Positions 9,631 to 19,678 of a stretch of DNA of 64,000 nt are shown piece by piece. Position 1 is the first letter of the stretch. The number at the start of each line of letters is the position of its first letter. The DNA is from Candidatus Lindowbacteria bacterium RIFCSPLOWO2_12_FULL_62_27 (GTDB lineage Bacteria > Lindowbacteria > 2-12-FULL-62-27). The stretch is taken from contig MFPR01000004.1 in assembly GCA_001784175.1 (NCBI GenBank), forward strand, positions 186,001 to 250,000. Direction: 5' to 3'. Both the position numbers and the translations under genes were made by a program. The notes beneath the pieces are model-generated. The model was not told where the DNA came from and ran no database searches. It was given only the letters and a program-made list of their open reading frames with translations.

Positions 9631-10310
9631 TGCAGCCTCAGCTTCCAACAGCGCCACAGGACGCGAACGAGTTTGATCAACGTCAGTTTGCTCGCGCCGG
9701 CCGCGCGTTTGTGAAATACGATCGGCACTTCGACCATCCGCAGGCCTTTTTGGCGGGCCTTCCAGTAAACCTCTTCGACAATCTCCGGGCCCACCGACCG
9801 CAGGCTTCCCGGATCGATGGCCCACAGGCTTTCCCGCCGGAACGCGCGATAGCCCGACGTCGGATCGGCCAGCGGCAGGCCCAGTGTCCGGCGCAGAAAA
9901 AATTTCGCGGCGGCGCTCACCGCCCGCCGGATCGCCCCCCGCCGGTCGCCGCCGCCCGACGCGGCGGCTCTCGATCCCACGGCGATGTCCGCGCGGGACA
10001 GCGCCTCCAGAAGTTTCGGCGCGTCCGCCGGATCGTGCGACCCGTCCGCGTCCATTTCGAGGATGGCATCCACGCCGAGTTCCAGCGCGCGCCGGTACCC
10101 TTCGCGCCCGGACAGCCCCCGGCCCCGCGGCACGCCCTGCCGGAGAATCACGCGGGCGCCGTGGGATTCCGCAACCCGGGCCGTGCCATCCGGAGAATCG
10201 TCGTCCACCACCACGACCAGGAGGTCCGCCACCGCGGCCTTCAGGCGCGCCAGCACCTCCGGCAGCGCCGCCGATTCGTTGTAGGTGCACAATACCGCCG
10301 CCACCCGCAT
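9627..10310 (-). CDS. GT2 polyprenol-monophosphomannose synthase-like
   Basis: TYNE, VDDDSPDGT, EMDADGSHDP, EVPIVF..R..G.SK. Confidence 0.9.
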   Translation of the reverse strand: MRVAAVLCTYNESAALPEVLARLKAAVADLLVVVVDDDSPDGTARVAESHGARVILRQGVPRGRGLSGREGYRRALELGVDAILEMDADGSHDPADAPKLLEALSRADIAVGSRAAASGGGDRRGAIRRAVSAAAKFFLRRTLGLPLADPTSGYRAFRRESLWAIDPGSLRSVGPEIVEEVYWKARQKGLRMVEVPIVFHKRAAGASKLTLIKLVRVLWRCWKLRLQ

Positions 10311-10403
10311 ACCCTGACAATAGGAGAGGCCACCGGAAATAGGCAATAGGGAAACACCAAAAAAACTGTTGCCTGCGTTTCCGCAATGGGCTATTTTGAA
10401 GCC

Positions 10404-11507
10404 ATGCAGCAATCGACCAAGAAGCGTTATCGACTGGCCATTCTGCCCGGGGATGGAATCGGGCCCGAGGTGATGGAAGCGGCCCTGCGCGTGATGGAGC
10501 GGGTCGGCGAAGCCGAGGGCATCGCATTTGAATTCGAGGAATATCGAATCGGCGGCGCCGCCATCGACGCCTACGGAGAGCCGCTGCGCGACGCGGACCT
10601 CGACCGGATGCGCGCGTGCGACGCGGCGCTCATGGCGGCCATCGGCGGAACCCGGTGGGACCGGGGACCGGCGCATCTAAGGCCGGAGGCGGGCCTCTTG
10701 AAGATCCGCAAAGGTCTTGGGGTGTTCGCGAACCTCCGGCCGGCGAAAATTTTCCGGGAGCTCGTGGGTGCCTCGCGGTTGAAACCGGAGGTGGCGTCGC
10801 GGGTGGACCTGATCGTGTTCCGGGAACTGACCGGCGGCCTCTACTTTGGAGAACCGAGAGGCCGGACCGGCGCGCCGCCCGCGCGGGAAGCGCTGAATAC
10901 GATGCGGTACGGCGAATCAGAAGTTCGGCGGATCGCGGAGATGGCGTTCCGGGCCGCGCGGCTCCGGCGGCGGCGGGTCACGAGCGTCGACAAGGCCAAC
11001 GTGCTGGAGGTATCGCAGCTGTGGCGGGAGATTGTCGTGGAAACGCACCGCTCGTTTTCCGATGTGGAACTCACCCACCTCTACGTCGACAACGCCGCCA
11101 TGCAACTGGTCCGGGACCCCGGCCAGTTCGATGTCATCTTGACGGAAAATCTTTTTGGTGACATCCTCTCTGACCTCTGCGCTGAACTGGTCGGATCGAT
11201 CGGGCTCATGCCGTCCGCTTCCCTGGGCGCGGCAAATCCCGGACTCTTCGAGCCGGTTCATGGCAGCGCGCCGGACATCGCGGGGAAGGGGCTGGCCAAT
11301 CCGCTGGCCATGATTCTCACGGCGGCGATGATGTTCCGCCACGGCCTGTCGCTGCCCCGGTCGGCCGGCTGGATCGAATCGGCGGTCGAAAGTGCGCTCG
11401 AGGGCGGCGCCCGGACGACGGATCTGGGCGGACGGATGTCGACACAGGAAATGACGGCGTGCGTCCTAAAACATCTGGAAGGATCGGTGGCGAAAAGCCA
11501 TGTATAA
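10404..11507 (+). CDS. leuB: 3-isopropylmalate dehydrogenase
   Basis: [48 protein letters not shown]. Confidence 0.96.
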   Translation: MQQSTKKRYRLAILPGDGIGPEVMEAALRVMERVGEAEGIAFEFEEYRIGGAAIDAYGEPLRDADLDRMRACDAALMAAIGGTRWDRGPAHLRPEAGLLKIRKGLGVFANLRPAKIFRELVGASRLKPEVASRVDLIVFRELTGGLYFGEPRGRTGAPPAREALNTMRYGESEVRRIAEMAFRAARLRRRRVTSVDKANVLEVSQLWREIVVETHRSFSDVELTHLYVDNAAMQLVRDPGQFDVILTENLFGDILSDLCAELVGSIGLMPSASLGAANPGLFEPVHGSAPDIAGKGLANPLAMILTAAMMFRHGLSLPRSAGWIESAVESALEGGARTTDLGGRMSTQEMTACVLKHLEGSVAKSHV

Positions 11508-12513
11508 CGTCGCAGTGGTGGGCGCGACCGGCGCGGTCGGCCAGGAATTTCTCACCATTCTCGAGGAACGGGATTTCCCGATCAAACAGCTCAGGCTCTT
11601 CGCATCGGCCCGCTCCAAGGGCATGACCCTCGCGTTCCGCGGAACGGAACTGCCGGTTGAGGAGATGACCGAAGACGCGCGGGTCGAGGGCATCCAGATC
11701 GTGCTGGCCAGCCCCGGCGCGGCCGTGTCGAAAAAATTCGCGCCGCTTTTCGCCAAAGCCGGCGCCGTGATCATCGACAATACCAGCGCCTTCCGCATGG
11801 AACCCGACGTGCCGCTGGTGGTGCCCGAAGTCAACGGCGACGCGGCCAGAAACCATCCCCGGAACATCATCGCCAACCCCAATTGTTCCACCATCCAGAT
11901 GGTCGTCGCGCTCAAACCTATCCACGACGCCGCCCGCATCACCCGCGTGGTCGTGTCGACCTACCAGTCGGTCTCGGGCGCCGGAAGCCGGGCGATGTAT
12001 GAATTGGAGTCCCAGGTCAACGCGTTCGTCCAGGGCATGGAGGCGCCGCCGTACGAAAAATTTCCGCACCCGATCGCGTTCAACTGCATCCCGCAGATCG
12101 ACGCCTTTTTGGACAACGCCTTCACCAAGGAAGAAATGAAAATGGTCCACGAGACGCACAAGATTCTCGATCCTGCCATCCGCGTCACCGCCACCTGCGT
12201 CCGCGTGCCCGTGTTTCGCGGGCACGCCGAGTCGGTCTACGTCGAAACCGAGAAAAAATTGACCGCGGCCGCGGCCCGCGAGGCCCTGTCCAAAGCGCCG
12301 GGCGTGCAGGTCGTCGACCATCCATCCAACAAGGAATACCCGCTGCAGATATACGCCGAAGGGCGCGACCCCGTCTACATCGGCCGGCTCCGCGAGGATA
12401 CCGGAAACGACCGCGCGCTCAACATGTGGATCGTGTCGGACAACATCCGCAAGGGCGCCGCGCTGAACGCGGTCCAGATCGCGGAACTGCTGGTTGAAAA
12501 GAAATGGATATGA
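11500..12513 (+). CDS. asd: Aspartate-semialdehyde dehydrogenase
   Basis: GATGAVG, ANPNCST, TYQSVSGAG, DNIRKGAALNAVQ. Confidence 0.97.
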   Translation: MYNVAVVGATGAVGQEFLTILEERDFPIKQLRLFASARSKGMTLAFRGTELPVEEMTEDARVEGIQIVLASPGAAVSKKFAPLFAKAGAVIIDNTSAFRMEPDVPLVVPEVNGDAARNHPRNIIANPNCSTIQMVVALKPIHDAARITRVVVSTYQSVSGAGSRAMYELESQVNAFVQGMEAPPYEKFPHPIAFNCIPQIDAFLDNAFTKEEMKMVHETHKILDPAIRVTATCVRVPVFRGHAESVYVETEKKLTAAAAREALSKAPGVQVVDHPSNKEYPLQIYAEGRDPVYIGRLREDTGNDRALNMWIVSDNIRKGAALNAVQIAELLVEKKWI

Positions 12514-13385
12514 CGCTCCGGGTCGCCCTTGTTCAGGTCAGCGCCGGAACCGATGTCCGGCAGAACCAGCATAAGGCCGAACAGCTCATCCGAGAGGCGG
12601 CCAAAAACGGCGCGGAACTGGTGGCCCTCCCGGAAAATTTCCTGTTTCGCGGGCCTTCCCGCGAGATGCAGGAACTGTCGCTGAAACTCAAACCCATCAC
12701 CCTGAGCTTCTGCCGGCTCGCCCAAGAACTCAAAATCCGCCTCCTCCTCGGCAGCGTCCCGGAACCGACGGGAGAGCGCGGAAAGGTCTTCAACACGAGC
12801 ATCTTCATCCTGCCCACCGGCGAGGTGCCGGTCCGGTACAAGAAACTCCATCTCTTCGCCGCCACTTTGCCGGATGGAACCCAGATCGACGAAAGCCAGA
12901 GTTCCCGCGGCGGCAACCGCGTTCTGACGTTCAAGGACGGCGAATGGACGTTCGGATTCACGGTATGCTATGACCTGCGGTTTCCGGAATTGTTCCGCGT
13001 CCAGTCCCAGGCCGGCGTCAACGTTTTTTTCGTTCCGGCGAATTTCACGAAGGCCACCGGAACGGCGCACTGGCAGGTCCTCCTCAGGGCGCGCGCCATC
13101 GAGAACCTCGCCTATGTCCTCGCGCCGGCACAGTGCGGATTCGATCCCGGACATCGCATCGAAACATACGGACACAGCCTGGCCGTCTCCCCATGGGGCG
13201 AAATTATGGCCGAACTGGGAGACGCCGAAGGAACCGGCATCGCCGAACTGAACCTGCAGGCCCTGTCGGACGCCCGAAAGCGCCTGCCGGCGCTGACCCA
13301 TCGGCGGACGGACATGTTGAAAGTCGAAATACGGGACCGGCGCGCCGAAGCGTTTGCGGCACAGCAGCCGGATCCGCGAGGTTGA
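12504..13385 (+). CDS. Carbon-nitrogen hydrolase (Nit1/deaminated glutathione amidase-like)
   Basis: LPE, YKKLHLF, CYDLRFPE, LRARAIEN, YGHS. Confidence 0.9.
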   Translation: MDMTLRVALVQVSAGTDVRQNQHKAEQLIREAAKNGAELVALPENFLFRGPSREMQELSLKLKPITLSFCRLAQELKIRLLLGSVPEPTGERGKVFNTSIFILPTGEVPVRYKKLHLFAATLPDGTQIDESQSSRGGNRVLTFKDGEWTFGFTVCYDLRFPELFRVQSQAGVNVFFVPANFTKATGTAHWQVLLRARAIENLAYVLAPAQCGFDPGHRIETYGHSLAVSPWGEIMAELGDAEGTGIAELNLQALSDARKRLPALTHRRTDMLKVEIRDRRAEAFAAQQPDPRG

Positions 13386-13386
13386 G

Positions 13387-14022
13387 ATGATCGCCGAACG
13401 GACAGGACGGAGGCGGATCGTCTCTGCCCTGGCCGGCCTCCTCTGCCTCTCCGCCTGCGGCAAACCCGCGGCGGACCGGCCGGCGGCCGTGGCCTCCTGC
13501 GTGTCGGTGGAGGGCCGCGCGGCCAAATCCGGCGCGGGTCTTTCCGCGGGCGATGACATCCTGGAGGGAGAAACGATTATCGCGGAAGACGGCGGCGCGG
13601 CCGTCGTCAAAATCAGGGACCGGGCCTCCCTGAGACTGAAGAACGCCGGCAAGATCGTCTTTGACAAGGTGGGTGAAACGATCGCGCTGCAGCTCGACTA
13701 CGGCGCGCTCATGTCCGTCGTGTCAAAGGCCGACCGCACCTTTTCGATTCGCACGCCGGCCGCCACCGTCGGCGTGCGCGGCACCGCGTTCTATGTCGAA
13801 TCCCGCGCCGTCGATCAAACCTATGTGTGCCTTTGCGAAGGCGCCCTGTCGGTCACGACGCCCGACACCGTGCACGAAATCCGCACGCCGGCCCGGGACC
13901 ATCACAACGCCGTTCTGATTTCACCCTCACGTTCCGGCGCCCTCATGCCCGCGCCGGCGCCGATGCTCAATCACACCAACTCGGATATTTCGGATCTGGA
14001 GACGGTCTTAAGCCGGCGGTAG
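13387..14022 (+). CDS. FecR-domain lipoprotein
   Basis: Lipobox LSAC; TPAATVGVRGTAF motif. Confidence 0.75.
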   Translation: MIAERTGRRRIVSALAGLLCLSACGKPAADRPAAVASCVSVEGRAAKSGAGLSAGDDILEGETIIAEDGGAAVVKIRDRASLRLKNAGKIVFDKVGETIALQLDYGALMSVVSKADRTFSIRTPAATVGVRGTAFYVESRAVDQTYVCLCEGALSVTTPDTVHEIRTPARDHHNAVLISPSRSGALMPAPAPMLNHTNSDISDLETVLSRR

Positions 14023-14040
14023 GAAACCCCTGCTCTCAGG

Positions 14041-16506
14041 CTAGACTTTGTACTTCTTCACTCCCTGCCGGATGATGACGTACCGGTCTTGGCCCTTCTC
14101 CTGCGCCATCTGGAAATACAATCGCGCGTTGGGCATGTCGCCGAGCTTGTAGGAGAGAACCCCCATCGCGTAGGCGACGAGGGGCGACGCCGCCGGGCCG
14201 CCCTGGGTCTGCGAGAGCTGCTGGCGCAGGCCCGCCAGCATTTCGAAGGGAATCTGGCCCGGCTGGAGGTACTGCAGAATGTTGATCAAGAAAATGAGGT
14301 CCTCCTCCGGCTTCTGCATCGACATGAGGCTTCCCACGGCAAACTGCAGGAGGTTCGTGTTCGTCGGAACGTATGTGACCGACATCTTGATCGCGTACAT
14401 CAGCTCGTCCCGCGGCCGGCCCACCCGCCGAACGGTGTCGGTCCGGTACATCCAGTACTCGTGGATAAAATTGTCAAAGGTCCCGATGTAGGCGTCGTAC
14501 ATGTCGCGGGACTGCTTGGCGCTTTTGTCCGAATAGAGAAACCACGCCCGCCACAGCCGGGAATACATGAAGTAGGAGTCCTCGAGCGCCTGCCAGAAAA
14601 TGAACTCGTTGTGGTACCGGCCCCGGGAACTGTCGTTCAGGAGCTGGGTATAGAGCTGCAGGAGCTTGGTGTGATTCTCGAAATTGTTTTCGAGGGTCGT
14701 GGCCCACTCAAATTCCAATATGGACTGGTAAAGATGCTTTCGTCGGTTGGTGTTGTTCCAGAACCGGTAATGGATAAGCCCGGTGTTCTGGTGTGTCTGC
14801 GCGTAGTTGGGGGCGATCTGCAACAGGCGATGATAGTAGTCCAGCGCCTTCTGAACGTTGCCTTCGTTCAGATAATGGTAGGCGATCTTGTAGTAGGCCG
14901 AATGACTGTAGGGATTGTATTTGAGCGTGTCGGCGCCCCTCTCGATGGCCGCGGGGCCGTTGGTTTCCTCCGTGACTTTGAGCGACCAGTCGCCCCGGAA
15001 GACCCGGTACTGCGCGTAGATCATGAACACGAAGGCGGCGAGGAGCGGTGGAAAAAGCCCATAGCGCCGGCTGTCGGCCGCGATGGACTGCGCGATGGGA
15101 CGCCGGCGGGCATCTTTCTGGATCTGTTTCCTCGTCTCCGGCTCGTCGAACCCCATCATATAGCGAATCCCCAGGCCCATTTCGAACCAGAAGGCGAGCA
15201 TGCTGGAGGTCCAGCGGAGGTTGACGTTCATCGAATCGTGAACGATGGCCGCGAAAAACGACCCGACAATCCCAAAAAACATGTACCGTTCCGACATGTC
15301 GTCGATCGTTTTCAGTTTCTGGTAGGCCAGGTAGAAAAAGACGACCAGCATGGCCAGCCAGACGGAAAACCCCAGAATCCCCTGCTCGCATAAAAACTGC
15401 AGCTCCTCCGAGTGCACGTAATCCGTATTGTGCGACATCCCGATCCGGTGGTACCGGTCGGGCCGGAAGAACGGATAGGTGACGTGCGACGCGCCGAGTC
15501 CCTGGCCGAACATCGGGTTGTCCATGAGCAGGCGGGCGCCGGTCCACCACATGTAGACCCGGATGATGTTGGTGCCCCACTCGAATTGAAAAATGGACTT
15601 GAACGTGAGAAGCCGATGCTCGGACATGACGAACGGGGTCACGAGGAGAACCACGACCACAATGGCGCCCCACACCATCAACTGCCGGCGCCAACTCCCG
15701 ATCCACTGCCGAAACCGGCCGGCAAATCGCATTTCGAAAAGGAGCCACACGCCCGCCAGCGCCATGAGGCCCACCCAGGCGCCGCGGGTTTCGCCCACCC
15801 ACAAATTATAGAGACCCAGGAAGGCGAAAATCGCGTAGAGGACAATGTCGAAGGCGTTCCTCGCCCCGATCGCCATGAAAATCGCGATCGGCGCCGTGTA
15901 GGTCCAGAAGGACGCCGCGAAGTCCTTGTTGCCGAAGGTCGACACGTTGACGATCCGGCCCCAGTTCATGAAATCGTAGCCGTTGATCTGCAGGATGCAG
16001 TAGACGCAGGAAATCACCATCATGGCCAGAAACGTGTAGAGCGCCACGTTCCAGCGCTGCCGCGTGTTGATGAAATTGACGACCAGGTAAAACAGGATGA
16101 TCGAGGCGGCGTACCGCGAGCACCACTCGGCCGCATAATACCAGAAAATCCGGGGCGCCAGATACGCGCCGAGAATGCATATCCAGAAAAACATGAAGAC
16201 CGGAATGTTCAGGGGACACGCGACAAACCGGAACCCGTCCTTGTCGTACCAATGGCCCAGCCAGAGCAAGAGCAGCGTAAAATTGATGACCTGGTAGGCG
16301 GCGTCCTTGGTGATCACGATGTTGTTCATTCGCGCGGTGAAATGAAGGCTGACAAAGACCATTTCGAAGAGGAGGACAAAGTACGTGAACCGCGACAGCG
16401 CCAGCCGGGACTGGATCAGAAAATAGAGGACCGTGTAGATGAGACCGGTCGCGATCAGGGTGTAGTACATCGGCTTTTGAAAAAACCAGAAGAAAATTTC
16501 CATCAT
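14041..16506 (-). CDS. O-antigen ligase / O-oligosaccharyltransferase-like membrane protein with TPR-like C-terminus
   Basis: Many TMs; STFGNKDF, TRGAW, R...W, P.FGQG.G, HSE.LQ.L.E.G..G. Confidence 0.8.
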   Translation of the reverse strand: MMEIFFWFFQKPMYYTLIATGLIYTVLYFLIQSRLALSRFTYFVLLFEMVFVSLHFTARMNNIVITKDAAYQVINFTLLLLWLGHWYDKDGFRFVACPLNIPVFMFFWICILGAYLAPRIFWYYAAEWCSRYAASIILFYLVVNFINTRQRWNVALYTFLAMMVISCVYCILQINGYDFMNWGRIVNVSTFGNKDFAASFWTYTAPIAIFMAIGARNAFDIVLYAIFAFLGLYNLWVGETRGAWVGLMALAGVWLLFEMRFAGRFRQWIGSWRRQLMVWGAIVVVVLLVTPFVMSEHRLLTFKSIFQFEWGTNIIRVYMWWTGARLLMDNPMFGQGLGASHVTYPFFRPDRYHRIGMSHNTDYVHSEELQFLCEQGILGFSVWLAMLVVFFYLAYQKLKTIDDMSERYMFFGIVGSFFAAIVHDSMNVNLRWTSSMLAFWFEMGLGIRYMMGFDEPETRKQIQKDARRRPIAQSIAADSRRYGLFPPLLAAFVFMIYAQYRVFRGDWSLKVTEETNGPAAIERGADTLKYNPYSHSAYYKIAYHYLNEGNVQKALDYYHRLLQIAPNYAQTHQNTGLIHYRFWNNTNRRKHLYQSILEFEWATTLENNFENHTKLLQLYTQLLNDSSRGRYHNEFIFWQALEDSYFMYSRLWRAWFLYSDKSAKQSRDMYDAYIGTFDNFIHEYWMYRTDTVRRVGRPRDELMYAIKMSVTYVPTNTNLLQFAVGSLMSMQKPEEDLIFLINILQYLQPGQIPFEMLAGLRQQLSQTQGGPAASPLVAYAMGVLSYKLGDMPNARLYFQMAQEKGQDRYVIIRQGVKKYKV

Positions 16507-16513
16507 GGCACGT

Positions 16514-18913
16514 TCAGACCCCGTGTTTCTTGATGCCGGCTTCAATCGCGCGGAATCCCGCGCCACGCCGCCGGGCGGCTTCATAATATCCCCGCGCCGC
16601 CGGCCCATCCCCCAGACGCTCCGACACCAGCCCCATCGCGTAAGCCCAGAACGCGGCGTATTGGCCCTCGACCGGACGACGCGCCAGTTCCTCGCGAACC
16701 TGCTGGAGCACGGAGGCGGAATCCCAATCTGGCCGCACATGTTCCAATAGATTGCTCAAATATACAAGGTCTTCTGCTGGCTCCTTCCAGGCCGACAGCG
16801 TCAGGACCGCGTAAAGGCCGAGATTCGGATTCTCCGGCAGGTGCCCCGCGGCCAGCTTCAGGGCGTACCGCGTTTCCGCGCGCGAACGATCCGTTCGACC
16901 GGCGGTTTCGGCCCTGTACCGCCAGTACTGGCGGGCGAAATCGTCGAGTTCCTTGAGATACGCGTCATACTGGTCTTGCCGCTCCTTGACCGTTCTCGAT
17001 GAAAACAGGTAGTAGGCGCTCCAGAACCGGTCATTGCAAAACAGCGAATCCTCCTGCGCCTCCCACCACAAATACTGGTTGTGGTGCCGGGGCCGGCCGG
17101 AATCGTTCAGAAACTGGGTGTAGATCTGGACGAGTTTGCTGTGGTTCACGAAATGATTCTCCAGGTTCGTCGCCCACTCAAATTCGAGCATGGTCTGGTA
17201 CAGGTGCTTCCGCTCCTTTCGGACGGTGTAGTCCTGATACGCCAGAAGCGCGGTGTTCTGGTGCATCTGCGCGTAGTTGGGCGCGAGCGAAAACAGCGCG
17301 CCGTACATGCGCTTCGCGGAATCAAAGTCGTTTTCCTTCAAATAGGCGTAGGCCGACTTGTAGCAGGCCGAATGGTCGTACGGCACGAGCCGCAGGATCT
17401 GCCGGCCGGCGTCGATGCCCATCCGCCGGATCGCCGGGTTCTGGTGCTCGACCGTGCCTTCGACGATCCGCAGAAGATAATCCGTTCGAAGAACCAGGTA
17501 CTCCATCCAGAACATCAGCGCGAAGACCGCGAGAAGCCCTGCGACCAGCACGCGCGACCGCCAGGACCCGGCCGGCTGCGGGACTCGCTGCGGTTTTCCA
17601 ACGGGCGGCGGATCGAAGCCGATCATGTACCTCACCGCCAGGCCGAGCAGGAACCAGAACGTGAGGGCGCTGCTCATCCAGCGCAAATTCACGTTGATCG
17701 AATCGTGGATCAATCCCGCAAAAAGGCCGCCCACCAGCCCGTAAAATAAATACCGATCCCGGACGGAATCGATCGCCTTCAACTTTTTCACCGCGAGAAA
17801 AAAGAACACGGCCAGAAACGCCAGCCAGGCCGAAAACCCCAGCGCCCCCTGCTCCGACAGAATCTCCAGTTCCTCCGAATGCGCATGCCGCGTGTTGTGG
17901 GACATGCCGATCCGGTGATACCGGTCGTGGCGGAAATACGGATACGTCAGTTGATAGGTGCCCAGTCCCTGGCCGATGAGCGGCTCGTCCCACCACATCC
18001 GCATCGAGGTCCACCAGATGTAGACGCGGATGATGTTGGTCCCGCTGTGCGTCTGGAAGATCGACCGGAAGGTCCGCGCCTTCTGGGCCGGCAGGCTCTG
18101 GAAGATCAGCGCGGCGGTCAGCGCCACGGCGGCGGAAACGATCAGCGCGTTTCTCAGGCGTCTCATCTCGAACACGGCCGTCACCGCCGCCAGCGCCATG
18201 AGACCCAGCCACGCGCCGCGGGTTTCGCCGTACACGATGTTGAAGAGCGCAAGGCCCGCAAGGACCAGATACAGGACGACGTCGAAGGCGTTCCGGCGGC
18301 CGATCGCAAGAAACAGCGCGACCGGCATCGTGTAGGTCAGAAAGGACGCGAAAAAATCCTTGTTGCCGAACGTTGAAACGGTCGCCCGGAATCCCCACGT
18401 CATGAAGTCGTAGCCCAGGACCTGCAGAAGGCCGTAGAGCGACGTCAGGCCCATGCAGGCCATGAGCGTGATCAGGCCGGCGTTCCAACGGGAACGGGTG
18501 TTGAGGAACTGGACCACCATGAAGAAGGTCAGGACCACCGCGACCGTCCGCGCGATTTCCTCGAGCGAGTAGTACCACGTCCAGCGCGGGGCCAGGATCG
18601 CCGACAGAACGCCGGCCAGAAAATAGACGAGAACGGCGATGGTCAGCGGGGTTTTCACAAGAACAAAACCGTTCTTCCGGAAAAGATGGGACAGCCACAG
18701 CAGGAACAACCCGAACGCGATGACCTGCGCCGCGATGTCCTTGCCGAGAACGATGTTCTGGAAATACGGGGAGAAAAACAGCGAGACAAACACCAGCTCG
18801 ATCAAAAGGCCCGCATACATGATCGACGACAGCCGCGCGGCGCGCCTCGTAACCACGTACAGCCCCGCAAAGACCAGCGTCGCGGCGGCCGAAATCGCGA
18901 CCGCGTTGTCCAA
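16514..18913 (-). CDS. O-antigen ligase-like protein, tandem paralog
   Basis: Same motifs as its neighbour (GTNIIRVYIWWT, RYHRIGMSHNTRHAHSEEL). Confidence 0.8.
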   Translation of the reverse strand: MDNAVAISAAATLVFAGLYVVTRRAARLSSIMYAGLLIELVFVSLFFSPYFQNIVLGKDIAAQVIAFGLFLLWLSHLFRKNGFVLVKTPLTIAVLVYFLAGVLSAILAPRWTWYYSLEEIARTVAVVLTFFMVVQFLNTRSRWNAGLITLMACMGLTSLYGLLQVLGYDFMTWGFRATVSTFGNKDFFASFLTYTMPVALFLAIGRRNAFDVVLYLVLAGLALFNIVYGETRGAWLGLMALAAVTAVFEMRRLRNALIVSAAVALTAALIFQSLPAQKARTFRSIFQTHSGTNIIRVYIWWTSMRMWWDEPLIGQGLGTYQLTYPYFRHDRYHRIGMSHNTRHAHSEELEILSEQGALGFSAWLAFLAVFFFLAVKKLKAIDSVRDRYLFYGLVGGLFAGLIHDSINVNLRWMSSALTFWFLLGLAVRYMIGFDPPPVGKPQRVPQPAGSWRSRVLVAGLLAVFALMFWMEYLVLRTDYLLRIVEGTVEHQNPAIRRMGIDAGRQILRLVPYDHSACYKSAYAYLKENDFDSAKRMYGALFSLAPNYAQMHQNTALLAYQDYTVRKERKHLYQTMLEFEWATNLENHFVNHSKLVQIYTQFLNDSGRPRHHNQYLWWEAQEDSLFCNDRFWSAYYLFSSRTVKERQDQYDAYLKELDDFARQYWRYRAETAGRTDRSRAETRYALKLAAGHLPENPNLGLYAVLTLSAWKEPAEDLVYLSNLLEHVRPDWDSASVLQQVREELARRPVEGQYAAFWAYAMGLVSERLGDGPAARGYYEAARRRGAGFRAIEAGIKKHGV

Positions 18914-18919
18914 GATGCG

Positions 18920-19645
18920 CTAGAGGGCCGTCCGGCCGCCGTCGACGAAAAGCGTCGTGCCCGTGGTGTAGCGCGCGCCCTTCGCCAGAAACACCACCGC
19001 GCGCGCGACATCCTCCGGCGTGCCTTCGCGCTTCAGCAGCGTCCGGCGCACCGCCCTCTCCCGCTCCGCGCGCCGGTACCGGTCCGGCAGGAGGACGGGC
19101 CCGGGAGACACGCCGCAGACGCGGACGGCCGGCGCCAGTTCCAGGGCGAGGACGCGCGTGAGCATCGCAACGCCGGCCTTCGACACCAGGTACGGCGCAT
19201 GGCCGCGGTACGGCCGGACCACCGCGGCGTCCTCGATATTTACGATCACGCCGCCGCGCCGCTTCTGCATCCGCCGGCCGACCTCCCGGGACAGAAAGAA
19301 AACCGATTTCAGGTTCGCCGACATCTCGCGGTCCCACTGCCGCTCCGTCACGCGCGCAAACGGAATCGCGGTGAAAAGCGACGCCGAGTTTACCAGCAGT
19401 TGAATGGGACCCATCGTCCGCTCGATCCGCAGAACCAGCGCGGGGATCGACGCGACCTTCGACAGGTCCGCGCGGAATTTGTCCGCCGCGCCGCCCCCGG
19501 CCCGGAGGGCCGCCACCAGCCGCCCCGCATCGCGCGCGGACGTCCGGTAATGCACGGCCACGGCGTACCCGGCCGCGGCCAGATGCTCCGCCACCGACCT
19601 CCCGACGCGCCGCGCGGCGCCCGTCACCAACGCCACTGGTTGCAT
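18920..19645 (-). CDS. SDR oxidoreductase, pteridine reductase (FolM/PTR1)-like
   Basis: TGAARRVG, VHYRTS, LVNSAS, YLVSK, VDGG. Confidence 0.8.
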   Translation of the reverse strand: MQPVALVTGAARRVGRSVAEHLAAAGYAVAVHYRTSARDAGRLVAALRAGGGAADKFRADLSKVASIPALVLRIERTMGPIQLLVNSASLFTAIPFARVTERQWDREMSANLKSVFFLSREVGRRMQKRRGGVIVNIEDAAVVRPYRGHAPYLVSKAGVAMLTRVLALELAPAVRVCGVSPGPVLLPDRYRRAERERAVRRTLLKREGTPEDVARAVVFLAKGARYTTGTTLFVDGGRTAL

Positions 19646-19678
19646 GCGCAAACTCTACAATATAGGTTGGGGTTTGTC

